The position numbers and the translations under genes are program-made. The notes under the pieces were generated by a model, which saw only the letters and a list, made by a program, of their open reading frames with translations, did no database searches and had not been told where the DNA came from. This document shows positions 24,658 through 36,611 of a stretch of DNA of 64,000 bases, piece by piece (position 1 is the stretch's first letter; each line of letters begins with the position of its first letter). Source of the DNA: Moniliella sp. 'wahieum' (lineage: Eukaryota). The stretch is taken from contig RSEE01000004.1 in the NCBI GenBank assembly GCA_003971905.1, positions 1,178,001 through 1,242,000 of the forward strand. Reading direction: 5' to 3'.

Positions 24658-26743
24658 TCAGCATACATCCATGAGTCGGTTCTTGGGCCAAGAGTACATG
24701 GTACGCGGGAAGATAGTATGGTTGGGGTTGTAGTAGATGTCCGGATGGTCCTCAATGTACTTGGCGGTGGGGTAATCGGGTGGGTCACAGGACAGGCGCT
24801 CCTTGCCTGGCTCTTGGTACACACGCACATAATCAACAAGCATCGTTCTGGCCAAAGCAGAAGACCCGAACAAGGAGTGGGGAAGAGGTTAGCATAAATA
24901 ACCAAGGGAGGAAAGAGATGCACATACGCAGGGAATGTGATCTCATCAAAGTGGACGGTTGGAAGCCCGAAGAGAGACCAAAGTTAATGATGATGCTCAT
25001 GGGTTCAACCGGGATGAGTCGCTGGAAACATTGATGGACGGCTGGGGCGGTACAACGGCACTAGGTGCGGTCCATGACTTTTGGCCGTAACATACCAGGT
25101 GATGAAACCCGTTGCATCGTTGTTAAAGTCGGGCTGGTACTCGAACCCAAAGTAACAAAGCGGGAACCTTCGGCATCAATGTAAGCCTCAGCGGGGATGC
25201 GCTGAGTGCCGCTGACAGCTTGGTAGACTGAACCAGTATAACTGTTGCTGTTGCTCCATTAAAGTGCTCGGCAGCATCAAACGTCCAATTGTACGACGGA
25301 TCATATGGCGCCGTCTGGATCAAAGGTAGCGTCAGCACTTCGTAGTAGCACGTTTACACCGAAAGGGGAGGCGTGGGGGTTAAGACGCACCTGAAGACTC
25401 TGGAGGCGTAGCCAATGCTGTTTGTGTTCTGCGCCTCGACAATGTCGATTTCTGAGCGGAGCGACCGACGGACAACGTCTGGGCGGGGTGTTCCTCTCCC
25501 GGACAAGTGCAAGCGCTAAACCGTTGGCCTGGGAGGTATGAGAGCTTCCCGTCGTACTGCCATGAGTAGGCACCCTTGGCATGAAGGACGTCATGGGGCC
25601 CCGTGCCATTCGGGTTGGTCTGGTTGGGGAGGGTGCCATAATCGCACGAGTGTGTAGTGTAGGGCCAAGTCCCATCCGTTGATCCCAAATAGCCCGGGCG
25701 GGCCAAGTTCCCCATAGTCCAAAGACCAGGCCAGAAACCGCGAGTTTCCTGTGTTCCAGGCAATTTGACAGCCATCTCATGTACCACCCTGGAAGCAGAA
25801 TTTGTTCCAGGACTGGAGCATACCGGATTGAAAGTTGAGGTGTGGGGGTCCTCTCTGGGTCATGACGATGCTCAGTGCACCGCCAGTCGTGTTGATGGCT
25901 TCGGGGAGGGGAGTACCATTCATAGTCATTAGTGGCAGCATAGAAGATATCCTGCGCTTCCCAGTACGGATCGTCACCTGGCCAAAAGGTGCGTCCTCTT
26001 GGTCAAATTCATCCGAGAAAACAAGGCGCAACTGCTGGTTGTTCGTCTGGGACGTCCATGACTTTGCACTTTCAGGTGTGTCGGGGTCAATGAGAGAATG
26101 CATGGGCAGATCAGCAACTTGTCCCGAGCCGTTCGTCCCACCCAAACCGTAGGAGCCGAGATTATGTTTATTGTGCTTGCGTTCGACAGAGAGAATAGGG
26201 TAGCCGGCAAAGAGCATGAGCAGGCTGAGAATGATGAGGGCCATGATAAGCAGGTTGAAGAACCCGCGAAAGTCGATAAATCCATGGCGTACGCGTTTGC
26301 CAGGGGGGTCGGGTTGTGCAGGTCATCATCTGGTTCTTCGTCCATGGCATCCCACCCAGCAAGGGGACGGCGACGCCGGCGGACGGCGGTCGACGGATGT
26401 GCCCGAGACCATCTTGTGGGTGGAGGACTGGAAACTGTCGGCGGACGTGGCGGCGTACCCGGGGGGGGCTGGAATAGTCCTGACCTTGGGGCTGGCCCAA
26501 GAAGCCCTGGCCCGGCCTGGAGGAACGGCGTAGGTGCTTGCAGAAGAATGTTGAGTGCTGCTCAACGGCGCATAGCCTGGCTGGACCACCCGCTGAGAGG
26601 ACATGTTGCGGAGGGTGTGGTGGGAGGGAAGAGCAAGGGGCACGGGCAAGGGGAGTGTGGGTGGAGGATGTGCAAGCCAGGGCACGGCACCAGTGCGCAA
26701 GAAGCTTACCAGTAACAACTGGTGCGTACGGATACTGTGGCAT
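24658..26743 (-). CDS. KRE6: KRE6/SKN1 beta-1,6-glucan synthesis-associated protein (type II membrane GH16)
   Basis: EPDDDLHNP, TM ending LFAGYPI, LIDPDTP, LVFSDEF, SGMLQSWNKFCFQGG, GFWPGLWTMGNLARPGY, EIDIVE, MLVDYVRVYQ, CDPPDYPT. Start uncertain. Confidence 0.9.
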
Positions 26744-28905
26744 GTCGACTGAGCGGCTGAGCGCAGCAGGACTCTCTGACACCACAGAGGGGCGGTGGGA
26801 GGTGTGAGATGTGACAGTTTATTGTACCATTCAGCATGTCAGGCTCAGGCCTCGGCGTCAGACCTCTCGATCTCAGAGGCGCGAGTAGGCGTGATATGGG
26901 CGAGTCAAAGGGGCGGGAGGCCGGTGTGGGAGGTTGTCTCATGCACGGTAACTCGTAGAAACGTTTAACGTTTTACGTTTAACCATTCCTTCGGCAACAA
27001 CGGCAACACCACAGAGTGTACCTGAGATCCGAGACCTGACCGGTGATCCGAACCTAATCGTAAGTACCTGATCTCTGTCGACTGGCACGGTGCGGGCACA
27101 GGGCACCTCGTGCGTCCGCCGTTCTTTGTTTTGTTGGCCGCGTTCTTTGTTTTGATGGTGCGATCGGGGGAGGTGGGAAGGTCCAGGAGGCAGAGGCTGG
27201 ACCTGCTTCGCTGCCAGGGATCACCGGAATCACCTATGCTGTTGGGCAACTGAGTATATTGAGGCCGTACTGGTACTAATGCGAGCGGGCGGGCCGGGTG
27301 GACACACGCTGTCCCAGAAAGGGCCGCGCGCGAGGGTTGGGTGTTTGCTCGGCACCGCGGTGCTGGCATGCGGCTCGCCATGCAGGCATCACACCAGCCT
27401 GATGCTGCTTTCGCGCTTGGCGCTTTTCTGAGATCTGAGATCTGATCGACGTGATTTGCACTCGCCAGGTGCCACATGTAACACCCAAGATCCCATAAAA
27501 GGGCTGCGCAGCAATGCATTTGCGTTTCAAGCAACGTGTGCAACATGTAACCAGGTCACCGGCACCGGTGGCCACAAGCAACCACCACCCGGCCCCCCGC
27601 ATGCCCCGACACAGCCGTCGTGCCGTCCGCCTCTGCCCGACACCACCTATCGATGCGCCACTAGACGGCGCCTGTGCTCCGGAGGCGAAGAAGGGTGGTC
27701 CTCCACGTCGCCCGAGCCGCTGCGCCGCCATGGGCACACCATGCATCATGCATCACATGCATCAAGTCTCATGCATCTCATGCATCATGTTCCTCGTGCG
27801 CTGCGTGTGCCTCCTCGGACATGTGACGCCATGCATCCATCATGCATCCATGCACATATGTGAGTGTGCGCAGTACTGAGTGTGCGCTGACTGAGCACTG
27901 AGTCTGTGCACTGGGCCAGAGCACCTGAGCCAAGACGGCCAAGCCAGCCAAGCGTAGCCCCGCCATGCCGGCACAGGACGGCATTACATGCATTACAGGC
28001 CAAGAGTTTTGAAATGCTACGCACGTGAGAAACAAACCCACCGCCGCCTCCTGTTTGCACCGATCTGTTCTTTTCTGAGTTTCTTGTTGCTGCGGCATAT
28101 TGAACGTCATGTGCCGCGCATGGTGAAGCCGTGAAGGGAGGGAGCGGCGCCAAGCATCCTCTGCGTCCTCAATATTACATGACTCTGGCTCTTCTTCTGG
28201 TGCTCATCCTAACGCTCTTCCACACGTTTTCCTCTGCCATGCACACAATACCAATGGACAAGCCCCGGTTTTTCGAGCGAGTGGCATGCGCTGATGAAAA
28301 TGCTCACCCGGTCACATTCTCAATGTCGATCAGCGTGTGGTCCTTGCCTACGTTTGGCGGTTGAGTGGCCAATCTGTCTCGTATATAGGCAAAACTCGAG
28401 AATCGGCAATGCACGCTATAATGGTCCTGCCTATGATAATCGCCCGAAACGTAAAAGGGAAGGAGAAGACACGATGGGCAAAACGAGAGTGTAATTGTTG
28501 CACTGTTCTGTATTATGACCGTCGACTATTATTGAGCAATCGACTTGCCCAAATCAACGTGTTACCGCAGCAAGTGTACTCTCACAGCATCAGTATCAAC
28601 TTGGAGATATCAAACTCTCGAAGCATTGCAGCAGATGTCATGGAAAGTTGAACTGGAAGATGCCGAACTGATGAGATGTACACGCTATACTAATGCAGCT
28701 CGTTAACGAACCCTGCAACTGCAAATCTCGTCAAGTAATATATGACTGCTATTTGGAGGTGCTTCCCCACAAGCCCAGCACCACACCTAACGGATGGAAA
28801 CCAGGTCAGTCCAGTCTAGCCCCTCCCCCGCCCCCCGTCGGCACAGCGTCATGAATTATCAACATTCAACTACGCCGTAGCCTCCTGCTTGATGATCTTG
28901 ATGAC

Positions 28906-30678
28906 CTAGAACATGGTCGCAAACGCCTCTTCCGCCGGCATGTCACTCCCAGCTGCACTGTTGCCGCGTGCGTTGGCCCCCAGCCCATTTTTACCAAAGG
29001 TAAACCCGACCCGAGCCCGCGATCCAACCGCCGATCTTGCGCAGTGGCCGAGGGCCTTGGACTGCCTCGACGCGCTGCTGCTTGTCCATGACCTCCTTGT
29101 ACTTGGCCATATCTTCGGGATTGTCAAAGTCGTCAAAGTGGGCCGTGTCAATGTCCGACTCGAGTTGCGGAACATACGGAGGCGAGCGTTCGCGCAAGCT
29201 GGCAAACGGCATTGACTTGAAAAACGCATGCCCGCTAACCTCCGACAAAGATTGGTACCGCAACTCGGGGCTTCGATCAGGCTGCTCGCACATATCAGCG
29301 TCAGTATCTCATTTCACAGCTTTCAGGTTGAGATTGCCTCAAAGGGAATAGACACCCACCGTGTGATCACATCCCAGGCAACGTCGCTCAAGTTGAACTG
29401 CAAGTCCTCGGGCTTGTGTACACAGGCCGCTGCAGCACGCGTCTCCAGTTCTTCAGGTTGGCCCAGCGTCTCGTTGGGGTACGCCCCGAAAAGGGAGGGA
29501 AGCCACAGAGGAACTCATAGAGAATGCACCCAAGGACCAATAGTCAGCCCCAATGCCATAGGTGGAAGTTGCTTTGGCGCGCAGCACCTCTGGTGCCATG
29601 TAATCCGGCGAGCCCACGATGGACTTGGCTGCTTCAACGTGCTGTTGCCGGCAGGCTTGGAAGAGGGAGCGACGCTCCAGCGGGGTGCGGTAGACAAAGT
29701 CGGTGTCCTTCACCTCGTCCAGCCTTTGCCGCAGCGATGCAATCCGGCCGGGATTGAGCGCACCCGAAGCCAGCCCAAAGTCGGTCAATTTGATGTGCCC
29801 CGAAGCGTCGACAAGGAAGTTTTCCGGCTTGAGGTCGCGATGGAGATAGCCGAGCTTGTGCAGCTCATTGACAGCGACAAACATCTCGGCTGCGTAGAAG
29901 CGGGCATGGTGTTCCCGTAGCACGCCCGACTTGTTGAGCAGAGTACGGAAATCACCTCCAGGGACATACTCCATGGCGAGATATACATGCTCTCGATCTT
30001 GGAAGGCGTACATGAGCTTGACAAGCCAGGGGGTGCGTGTGGCAGTGAGGATGTCACGCTCGATGAGGACATGGTGGGCCTCGTCCATCTTGACCAGCAC
30101 CTTCTTCTTGAGCTTCTTGAGTGCACACACTTCACCTGTCTCCTTTTGCGCGCAAGAAACACTCCGTACCCGCCCTGACCGACCTGGGTGATGATGTGAA
30201 ACTGGGCGAGACGGAGCTTGGTCCGGCGTTTACGAAGCAAGGCCCGTTCTCTCCCTTGGTATGAATTGCGCTCCTTTTCTTCTTCCTTGGGAGGAAGCGA
30301 GGCCTGAGCAAGGTGCTCTTCAAATTGGTTGGAGCGAGCCTTGCGGGCAGACAAGTAGCGGAGCGAGTCAAAGTAGTAATTGAGAAAATAGAGTTGAGCC
30401 AGGTTAGCCTTCCGCTTGACATCGGCCTGGTTCACGACCTGGGTCTCCCAGGGAGACAAGCTCCCCCGTCTTCCACGACCGCCACGAGCGGGGGTGATCT
30501 TCCTCCTCAGCGGGGCAGCAATTATCTTCGCGGGGGGAGCGATCACGGCTTTGCCCTTGCCCGGCGGAGGATGGTTCTCCTTCGCCTCTGTTACGGCACC
30601 CGTGCGAGCCAGCGCAGGGGAAGCCTGGTTGCCAGCGCTGCTCTGGCCAAGAAAGGCGCGCCTCGCGTTGTCTGTCAT
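28906..30678 (-). CDS. DBF2: NDR/AGC kinase, Dbf2/Sid2-like
   Basis: YFLNYYFD..YL, ERALLRKRRTKL, QVGQGGYG, CALKK, HRDLKPENFL, DFGL, SIVGSPDYMAPE, PQLESDIDTAHFDDF, VGFTF. Confidence 0.88.
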
Positions 30679-31386
30679 GGTGGGGAGAAGCAATCGAGCT
30701 CGCCCTCCTCGGCCAACGAATCTGAGGGGGATTTTAACCCCCTCCAGCCACTCAGAGCCCGCCCACTGACGGAATTGAAACCAAGTGCGCGTGGAAATTG
30801 CAAGCACAATTTGCTGGAACACTGCCCCCACGCTAGCGCATCCACCGCACCAGCCGAAGCATCGATCGTTGATCAACTCTGCGATCAACTCGATCAACAC
30901 GCACGATTCGGGCCCCTGGTGCCGGTGAGGCCAAAAAGGACCTAACAACGCGGCAAGCTGAGAAGCGGCGTCCCACACACCACTTATCCCCGCGCATTCT
31001 ACTGCCACTGCGTACTAAGTACACTAGTACTGAGTATTGATTAGACCTGGAGGATGGCCCTCGAGGGTGAGGCCGGTGAGGCCTGAGGCAACTAATAGTG
31101 GGGGGCGCATGTGATGGTCCAAGTCAACCAACGATACCTGAAGGGGGTTATCCTCGACATTAACCACACTGCCAACAGTTGTCACTGGGCTTCCGGCTGC
31201 TTGTGGGGGAACCAGAAAAACAGGAGCGAAGAACATCAGATCTCCTATAGGCCTGAGGAAAGACTGAAAGAGTCTCGGCCGGAGAAGTACGATACTCCTT
31301 GTGTGTCCTGACCATCTCTCCTTCATGGATCCCCCTTGTGTATGTACCGCCCCTCCCCCCCATCACCTTCTATAAAGACGTTCAGC

Positions 31387-31513
31387 ATCTGCGGCCACAG
31401 AACTGTGAAAGCACCGCATCCCTTCCGATCTCCGAAGTTAACCACAGTCGTAGTATCGCCCAGTCAAGTACTATACGGTGGGGGACCACGTGGGAATCCT
31501 CGGTGCCGCGGTT
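31387..31513 (+). rRNA. Dispersed 5S rRNA gene (variant with small insertions; possibly a pseudogene)
   Basis: ATCTGCGGCCA..GAAAGCACCGCATCCC.TCCGATC..GAAGTTAACC..AGTACT..GGTGGGGGACCAC..GGGAATCC..GGTGCCGCGGTT. Helix ACTGTG/CACAGT intact, TTTT terminator follows, TATAAA just upstream. Confidence 0.88.
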
Positions 31514-32842
31514 CTTTTGCTCCTACTCCGGAAGTGCGCCCCCGCGCTCTCCTTTTGCACACACATAGCCCCCGCCCCCACCTTCCCGCCGTACTAACAC
31601 ACCCGCCCCATTCGCCCTCAGTAAGGAGGTACAGGTCAAAATACTCCCCATCTTTGACCCCGCATCCATGCCTCGCAACCTATCCACACGTGTCCCCGCC
31701 CACACCCACACGTGCTCCATCCCCCCCGTCTCCAGTTGTTCTGATATCATTTCAGCATACCCCAGCTCTTAACGAGCCAAGAGCTTCTCCCTCACCCTTG
31801 ACACTATAGCGCAACCGTCCCGGAGGAAAAGCGAATGCGGGCTACGTGCCGCTCGCCCCCCCGGTTTATTCCGCCATTGAAGCGAGGCCAAACTTTGTTG
31901 CCACGTCCGTTGTGGGGCCAGGCACCGCGGTGTACACCAAGCACACCATTGAGAGCCAGGTGTCTTGACCAAAGACTGTTGCTCCTCCACCAACGCGCCC
32001 CTGTTTCCCGCGCGGATGAGATGGCGAGGGGAGCTCACCCAGCACAATCGGAACCAGAACCGTAACCGGCACCGCCCGGCCGCCTTCGCGGCCCGTCTCC
32101 CGCCCTCGGTCCCGCGCGCGCACTATTATACCCGCTTCCGTCGGCGACGGGACCCCGGCGGCGTCGAGCCCAGCTGCAAGTTCATGGTCCGCGCTGAGGG
32201 ATTCTGGAAGGACCTGGGCACTTGTTCACGACCAAATTTGGCCCTCCGCTCGACTAGTAGCCCCCTGCCCCCTCCCCTGCAGAGACAGAGTGGAGCCAAG
32301 GAGGCACCACCTACTATTATGGGATACAAACAGTACTCACTGGGCATCGCAGCCGCGATGCTCGACAAGCCAGCTTCAGATCCAGCTCTTATGATCTGCG
32401 GGCACAAAATCGAGGACATCAACGACTCCTGGACCTGCCTGCGACCGAGATGCCCAATCATTTGCGGTATTATACCGTCCAATAGAGATCTCCCCATCAG
32501 CTCTCGAACCTCATTTCTTGAGGAAGAGGAGAAAAGAAGGAAGACATTGTCGATTGCACCTTGGACGATGGGGTTTTGGATATAATGTCTTCGCTGCCAT
32601 CATTCTGCCTGACACGCACGCACCATGCACGCGCGGGTGTAAATGAAAGTTTAAAGCACCGGGCTCTGGTCCGCTCACAGTTTCATATTTCAATTGCTTC
32701 CAGCCTGCACGTTGGGTGCTCGAAGCTGGTGAGCGAAAAGCTGCGGCGCCAACCCTATTGCATCGCCGTTGCCCTTGCATCGAGTATCCTTCTCGCTGTT
32801 CGCGGTGGGGCTTGCTTTCTAGACCCACCCCTAGCAAGCAAT

Positions 32843-33610
32843 ATGGCTGACGCAGCTCCCCGTGGACGTGGTGGTTTTGGCCGTGACCGTGGTGGCCGTG
32901 GCCGTCGTGGCCGTCGTGGTGCCCGTGGCGGCGAGAAGGAGGAATGGGTGCCCGTCACCTCCGTCGGCCGCCTCGTCAAGGACGGCAAGATCAAGTCGAT
33001 CGAGGAGATCTACCTCTTTTCGCTCCCCATCAAAGAGTACCAGGTGGTGGACCTGCTCCTGCCCAAGCTCAAGGATGAGGTGATGAAGATCCACCCTGTG
33101 CAGAAGCAGACCCGTGCTGGTCAGCGTACCCGCTTTAAGGCGTTCGTTGCCGTCGGTGACTCGGACGGTCACTTGGGCCTGGGTGTCAAGTGCGCCAAGG
33201 AGGTTGCGACCGCTATTCGTGCGGCTATTAACCTGGCCAAGCTTTCCGTCATCCCTGTTCGCCGTGGCTACTGGGGCGCTGCTCTTGGTGAGCCCCACAC
33301 TGTGCCCATGAAGGTGAGCGGCAAGACGGCTTCGGTCATGTGCCGTCTTGTCCCCGCCCCTCGTGGCACGGGCATTGTTGCCGCCCCCGCTTCGAAGCGC
33401 ATGCTTCAACTGGCTGGTGTGACGGACTGCTACACTCAGTCCTCTGGCCAGACAGCCACCATGGGCAACTTCATCAAGGCCACGTTTGAGGCTGTGTCGA
33501 AGACTTACGGCTTCCTCACCCCCAACCTGTGGAACAACATCCCTCCCCCTCCTACGCCCTTCGTGGAGTACTCGGCCCACCTCGCCAAGGCGGCCAAGAA
33601 GGCGCTCTGA
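32843..33610 (+). CDS. RPS2: 40S ribosomal protein S2 (uS5)
   Basis: RGG-rich N-terminus, [56 protein letters not shown]; intact ORF. Probable 5'-UTR intron GTGAGC 32729 to AG 32822 or 32834. Confidence 0.97.
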   Translation: MADAAPRGRGGFGRDRGGRGRRGRRGARGGEKEEWVPVTSVGRLVKDGKIKSIEEIYLFSLPIKEYQVVDLLLPKLKDEVMKIHPVQKQTRAGQRTRFKAFVAVGDSDGHLGLGVKCAKEVATAIRAAINLAKLSVIPVRRGYWGAALGEPHTVPMKVSGKTASVMCRLVPAPRGTGIVAAPASKRMLQLAGVTDCYTQSSGQTATMGNFIKATFEAVSKTYGFLTPNLWNNIPPPPTPFVEYSAHLAKAAKKAL

Positions 33611-34024
33611 GCGTAGCACACGCTCTCGGCCAGAGACATGATGCATGACATGGAATCTTGATTACCGTTTCTGAGCCTCATCTCTTTATGCTTTGGCATA
33701 GTACTTCGTGTGTAGGTGTTGCGAGGGCTTAGTAGGAGAGTCATATTAGCCCAGCCGATCGTACTCTATTCTTTGGTGTGCTGAAAAGAAATGGAGTCGG
33801 ACTGGTGAGCGCATAGTAGCAGGCCACGATACTTCCCCTCCCGCGGCTTCCAATAAGGAGAGCTGCATTGCTGTGAGACGAGCAGCTTCGTGTTTCCGCG
33901 CTGATAATTCGGCTCCTCCCTCTCCGTCATCGCCAGTGAGGGCGAAGAGACAGGGCGCCGGGCCGTACGTGTGTCGCGGGGGCACACGCAGGAAAAAGAA
34001 GTGTGTCGATCGTTCCAAAAGAGA

Positions 34025-34108
34025 TGGACGAATAGGGAATCGAACCCCAGACCTCACACATACACAAAGAATGCAAAGCGTGCGCTCTACCAACTGAGCT
34101 ATCCGCCC
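34025..34108 (-). tRNA. tRNA-Ala (TGC) with about 11-nt intron
   Basis: GGGCGGA-TAGCTCAGTTGGTAGAGC-CACGC-TTTGCA[intron]T-GTGTG-AGGTC-TGGGG-TTCGATT-CCCTA-TTCGTCC-A. G3:U70 Ala determinant; TTTT downstream. Confidence 0.95.
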
Positions 34109-34149
34109 TTACGAACCCTCGCACCTTCCTTCGTATTGGATCGTCTCTC

Positions 34150-35481
34150 ACTTGTTCACCCCCCCCTCCTCTTCACCACGAAACTTAAGGGCTCGAGGTT
34201 GGTTGAAGGGTGAGAACCCACTCGAAGGATACTATACCCCTAACACAGCCAAGGCTTGCTTGCATTTTGAGAATAGCGGACTTGGCGTGGATGCTTGAAG
34301 CTTGACACCTGGACGGCGAAAGCTTCTCGCATGAATGATGTCCAGGCCGTGTCTCGAAAGTGTGCTAGCACGCAAGGGAACAGCTTCCTTCTTTACTCCG
34401 ACACAGCTTCGCTTCCCGTTAAAACCTAAGCTTCCGGCTTCAGTGAAACTTGAGGGCCTCAGGTGGGCATATAAAGTACCACCCAGTATGATCGGCCCTA
34501 CACCCTTGGCTGTGCTCTGAGGAAGGGGAAGTTTCCTCCGACTCGGCGAAGCTGGCATCTCCGCCATCCGACTCGCCTTTGGGGTGTCGCGAACACACTC
34601 GCCATGGACCTGGCGGCTCCAAGGCCTCCCCCCCCAAACACCAGGTGGCAGGACGTGGCACAACGCCACCAAAACGAGGTATCGAGCGCCGCCCCTGCCA
34701 CATCTCCAGTACAGGGCGGAGAAGTGTCTCCTTTGGCGCTTTTGCCGAGCATGGAACCTATACGGTTAATTGTCATTCTGGAGCAGGCGTGTTTGGGGTT
34801 GTGCCAGGTTCCTCACACCCCTGGTTCCCGCTTCCGGCATGGTAAAAACGAGGGAAAGCAGGCGTAACTGACATGCGATGATCACCAGAGTGTTTTGGCT
34901 ATAATGGGGCGGGACATTGCCCAGGCTCGCCCCGACATTATACAGCTCCAGCTTCTCTCTCGCAAACCGATCACAAACGAGACGGGCGATCGACTACTTA
35001 CTGTCATTTCATCGCCTATCTCCTGCTTTTCTGCCAACACACACAAAGTCACTCTTACTCACCATGCCCCCTTCCAGCGCCTCTCTACGATCCTCCCGTG
35101 CCTGCCGAGCGATCAGTAGCCATCTTAATTGGCGCCATGGCCCGTGACCAGGATGGTTTTGTGGACCTGGTGGTACATGAGAAGCTGTCGGAGACACAGT
35201 ATTCTTTGAGCGCAGCAGTAGCCTGAGTGGCAAGGTAACGTTCCTCGTCTGTCTCCTTGCAGTTTTGGGATTTAACAAAAAGCACCTGTCACCCACGGTT
35301 GTGGCTAGAGGCCCGAGGTCCCAAGGGGACCAGAGATCCGCCCCTCTTATAGGGATCCGATGCCTGTGGAGGGATTGGAAAGCGATACTGACTCGAGGTT
35401 TGTGTGCAGTTTTTACCTGCGCAATCGAAGACGCTTGGGGTAGTATCATATGACAAGCGAACAGGTTTGCGCTAGTGACAG
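34150..35481 (+). ncRNA. Candidate ~1.3 kb multi-arm structured ncRNA (possible telomerase RNA)
   Basis: Helices 34244-54/34504-14 (11 bp perfect), 34308-14/34340-46, 34542-51/34740-49, 34836-43/35061-68, 34852-62/35022-32, 34900-06/34936-42, 35286-92/35475-81. G-U pairs favour the + strand; template-like ACCCCTAAC at 34236-44. Confidence 0.45.
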
Positions 35482-36611
35482 ACATGCGGCCCCGTCGATC
35501 GTCTGAGATCAGGCACTGTGACATGTGGCACGTGATTCAGTGACATGTGATACTCCGCCTGTGACATGCATGTGACATGGACATGTGATGCCGTGCAATC
35601 TGCATGTGCCAGCCACACGCGGCTGGATGCGGTTCGCTGACTGCCTGGCGTTTGCCTGGCCGCGTCAGCTGCACCAGGTTGCACCGGCCTGCACCAGCTG
35701 CACCCCAGAGAGTTTTCGGCGCTTTCCCAAGCACGCTTGTCCGAACGCTAACGTGGGAGACAGCCAGCTAGGGTTTGCCTGCATGAATTACCAACCGCCT
35801 CAACGTCGCCGACGGTGATCGATCTGTGACGCTCATGTAGTGGTTGGGCGCGGATGCAGGATGAAGGGCGGCGCCGCGCTGGGCGTGGCTGCGTTGTGGG
35901 TGAGGTTGCGCCCCCCTGCTCGCAGCTCATTTTCACTGTAGTGTCTCCTGTCGCGTTCCCTTCAGACGTGCTTAAACTCGCCACGTTGCCTTCTGGTCTT
36001 TGCTTTAACTGAAAGGCTGTAGCGTCCACCCCGGTCGAATCTCCAAGCGCATCCTAGTAGACCGGGGTGGCTATAGACGCAAGCCCACCTACCTGTCTAT
36101 TTATCAGCCATCATGCATGGCATGCATCATACATGCCATGCATGATGCGCGTCAAGAGTGAGCGACGTGTGACGTCGTGAGTGCAAGCCAAGATTCGGGA
36201 CATGCCGGGTGAAGGATGTTAAACTACCCAGTACTCTAACGGCATGCATGCTTGTTCCTCTGCCGCTGTGCCTGCGGATCTGCTCGATCGGCACCTGCAA
36301 CACACCGCGGTACGTCATCGAGTCATCGCGTCATCCTCGCTGCGTCATCTACATCCACCTTTCCCAGAGCACACGCGTCCGGGCAGCATCACTGCCCCTG
36401 TGCGGGGGCACTTACGTACATGCATGCGGCTTTTTGCAGCCCGTGCAGCCCCGAGCCAGAGCAGGCCAGCGGCAGGCACTAGGCACCTGCGCATCGAGCA
36501 GGTCGTCCCCGGCCACAACCCAGACCAGCTCGCGCACTCCCAGCCAGTCCGCCTGCCAGCCACCCTGCTTTCCTCCTCCCCCGCCACCTCCCCCCCGCAA
36601 CTTTCCACTCC

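Noticed and set aside
3..26743. Cell-wall gene cluster (chitin synthase, GH16-AT3, KRE6)
   Set aside because: Interspersed with unrelated housekeeping genes over about 26 kb; chance adjacency is sufficient.
31520..32585. ORF 31965-32585 downstream of 5S as a retroelement
   Set aside because: No RT, endonuclease or gag motifs, terminal repeats or poly-A seen.
32831..33646. Long antisense ORF over RPS2 (and similar shadow ORFs elsewhere)
   Set aside because: Expected from high GC3 codon bias; no protein-like motifs.
33638..33674. C/D-box-like ATGATG...CTGA in the RPS2 3' UTR
   Set aside because: Too short, imperfect box C, no recognisable guide.
33829..33920. U1 snRNA-like words (ATACTT..., CATTGC, ATAATT)
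   Set aside because: The 5' end reads ATACTTCCCC rather than ATACTTACCT, the U1-70K loop GATCAC is absent, and the Sm site is poor.
34517..34552. Hammerhead-like CTGAGGA
   Set aside because: No GAAA follows stem II and no stem I/III closure was found.
36244..36611. N-terminal extension of the 1047-aa ORF
   Set aside because: The signal peptide starts at 36612 in another frame; the extension is an artefact of a frameshift.
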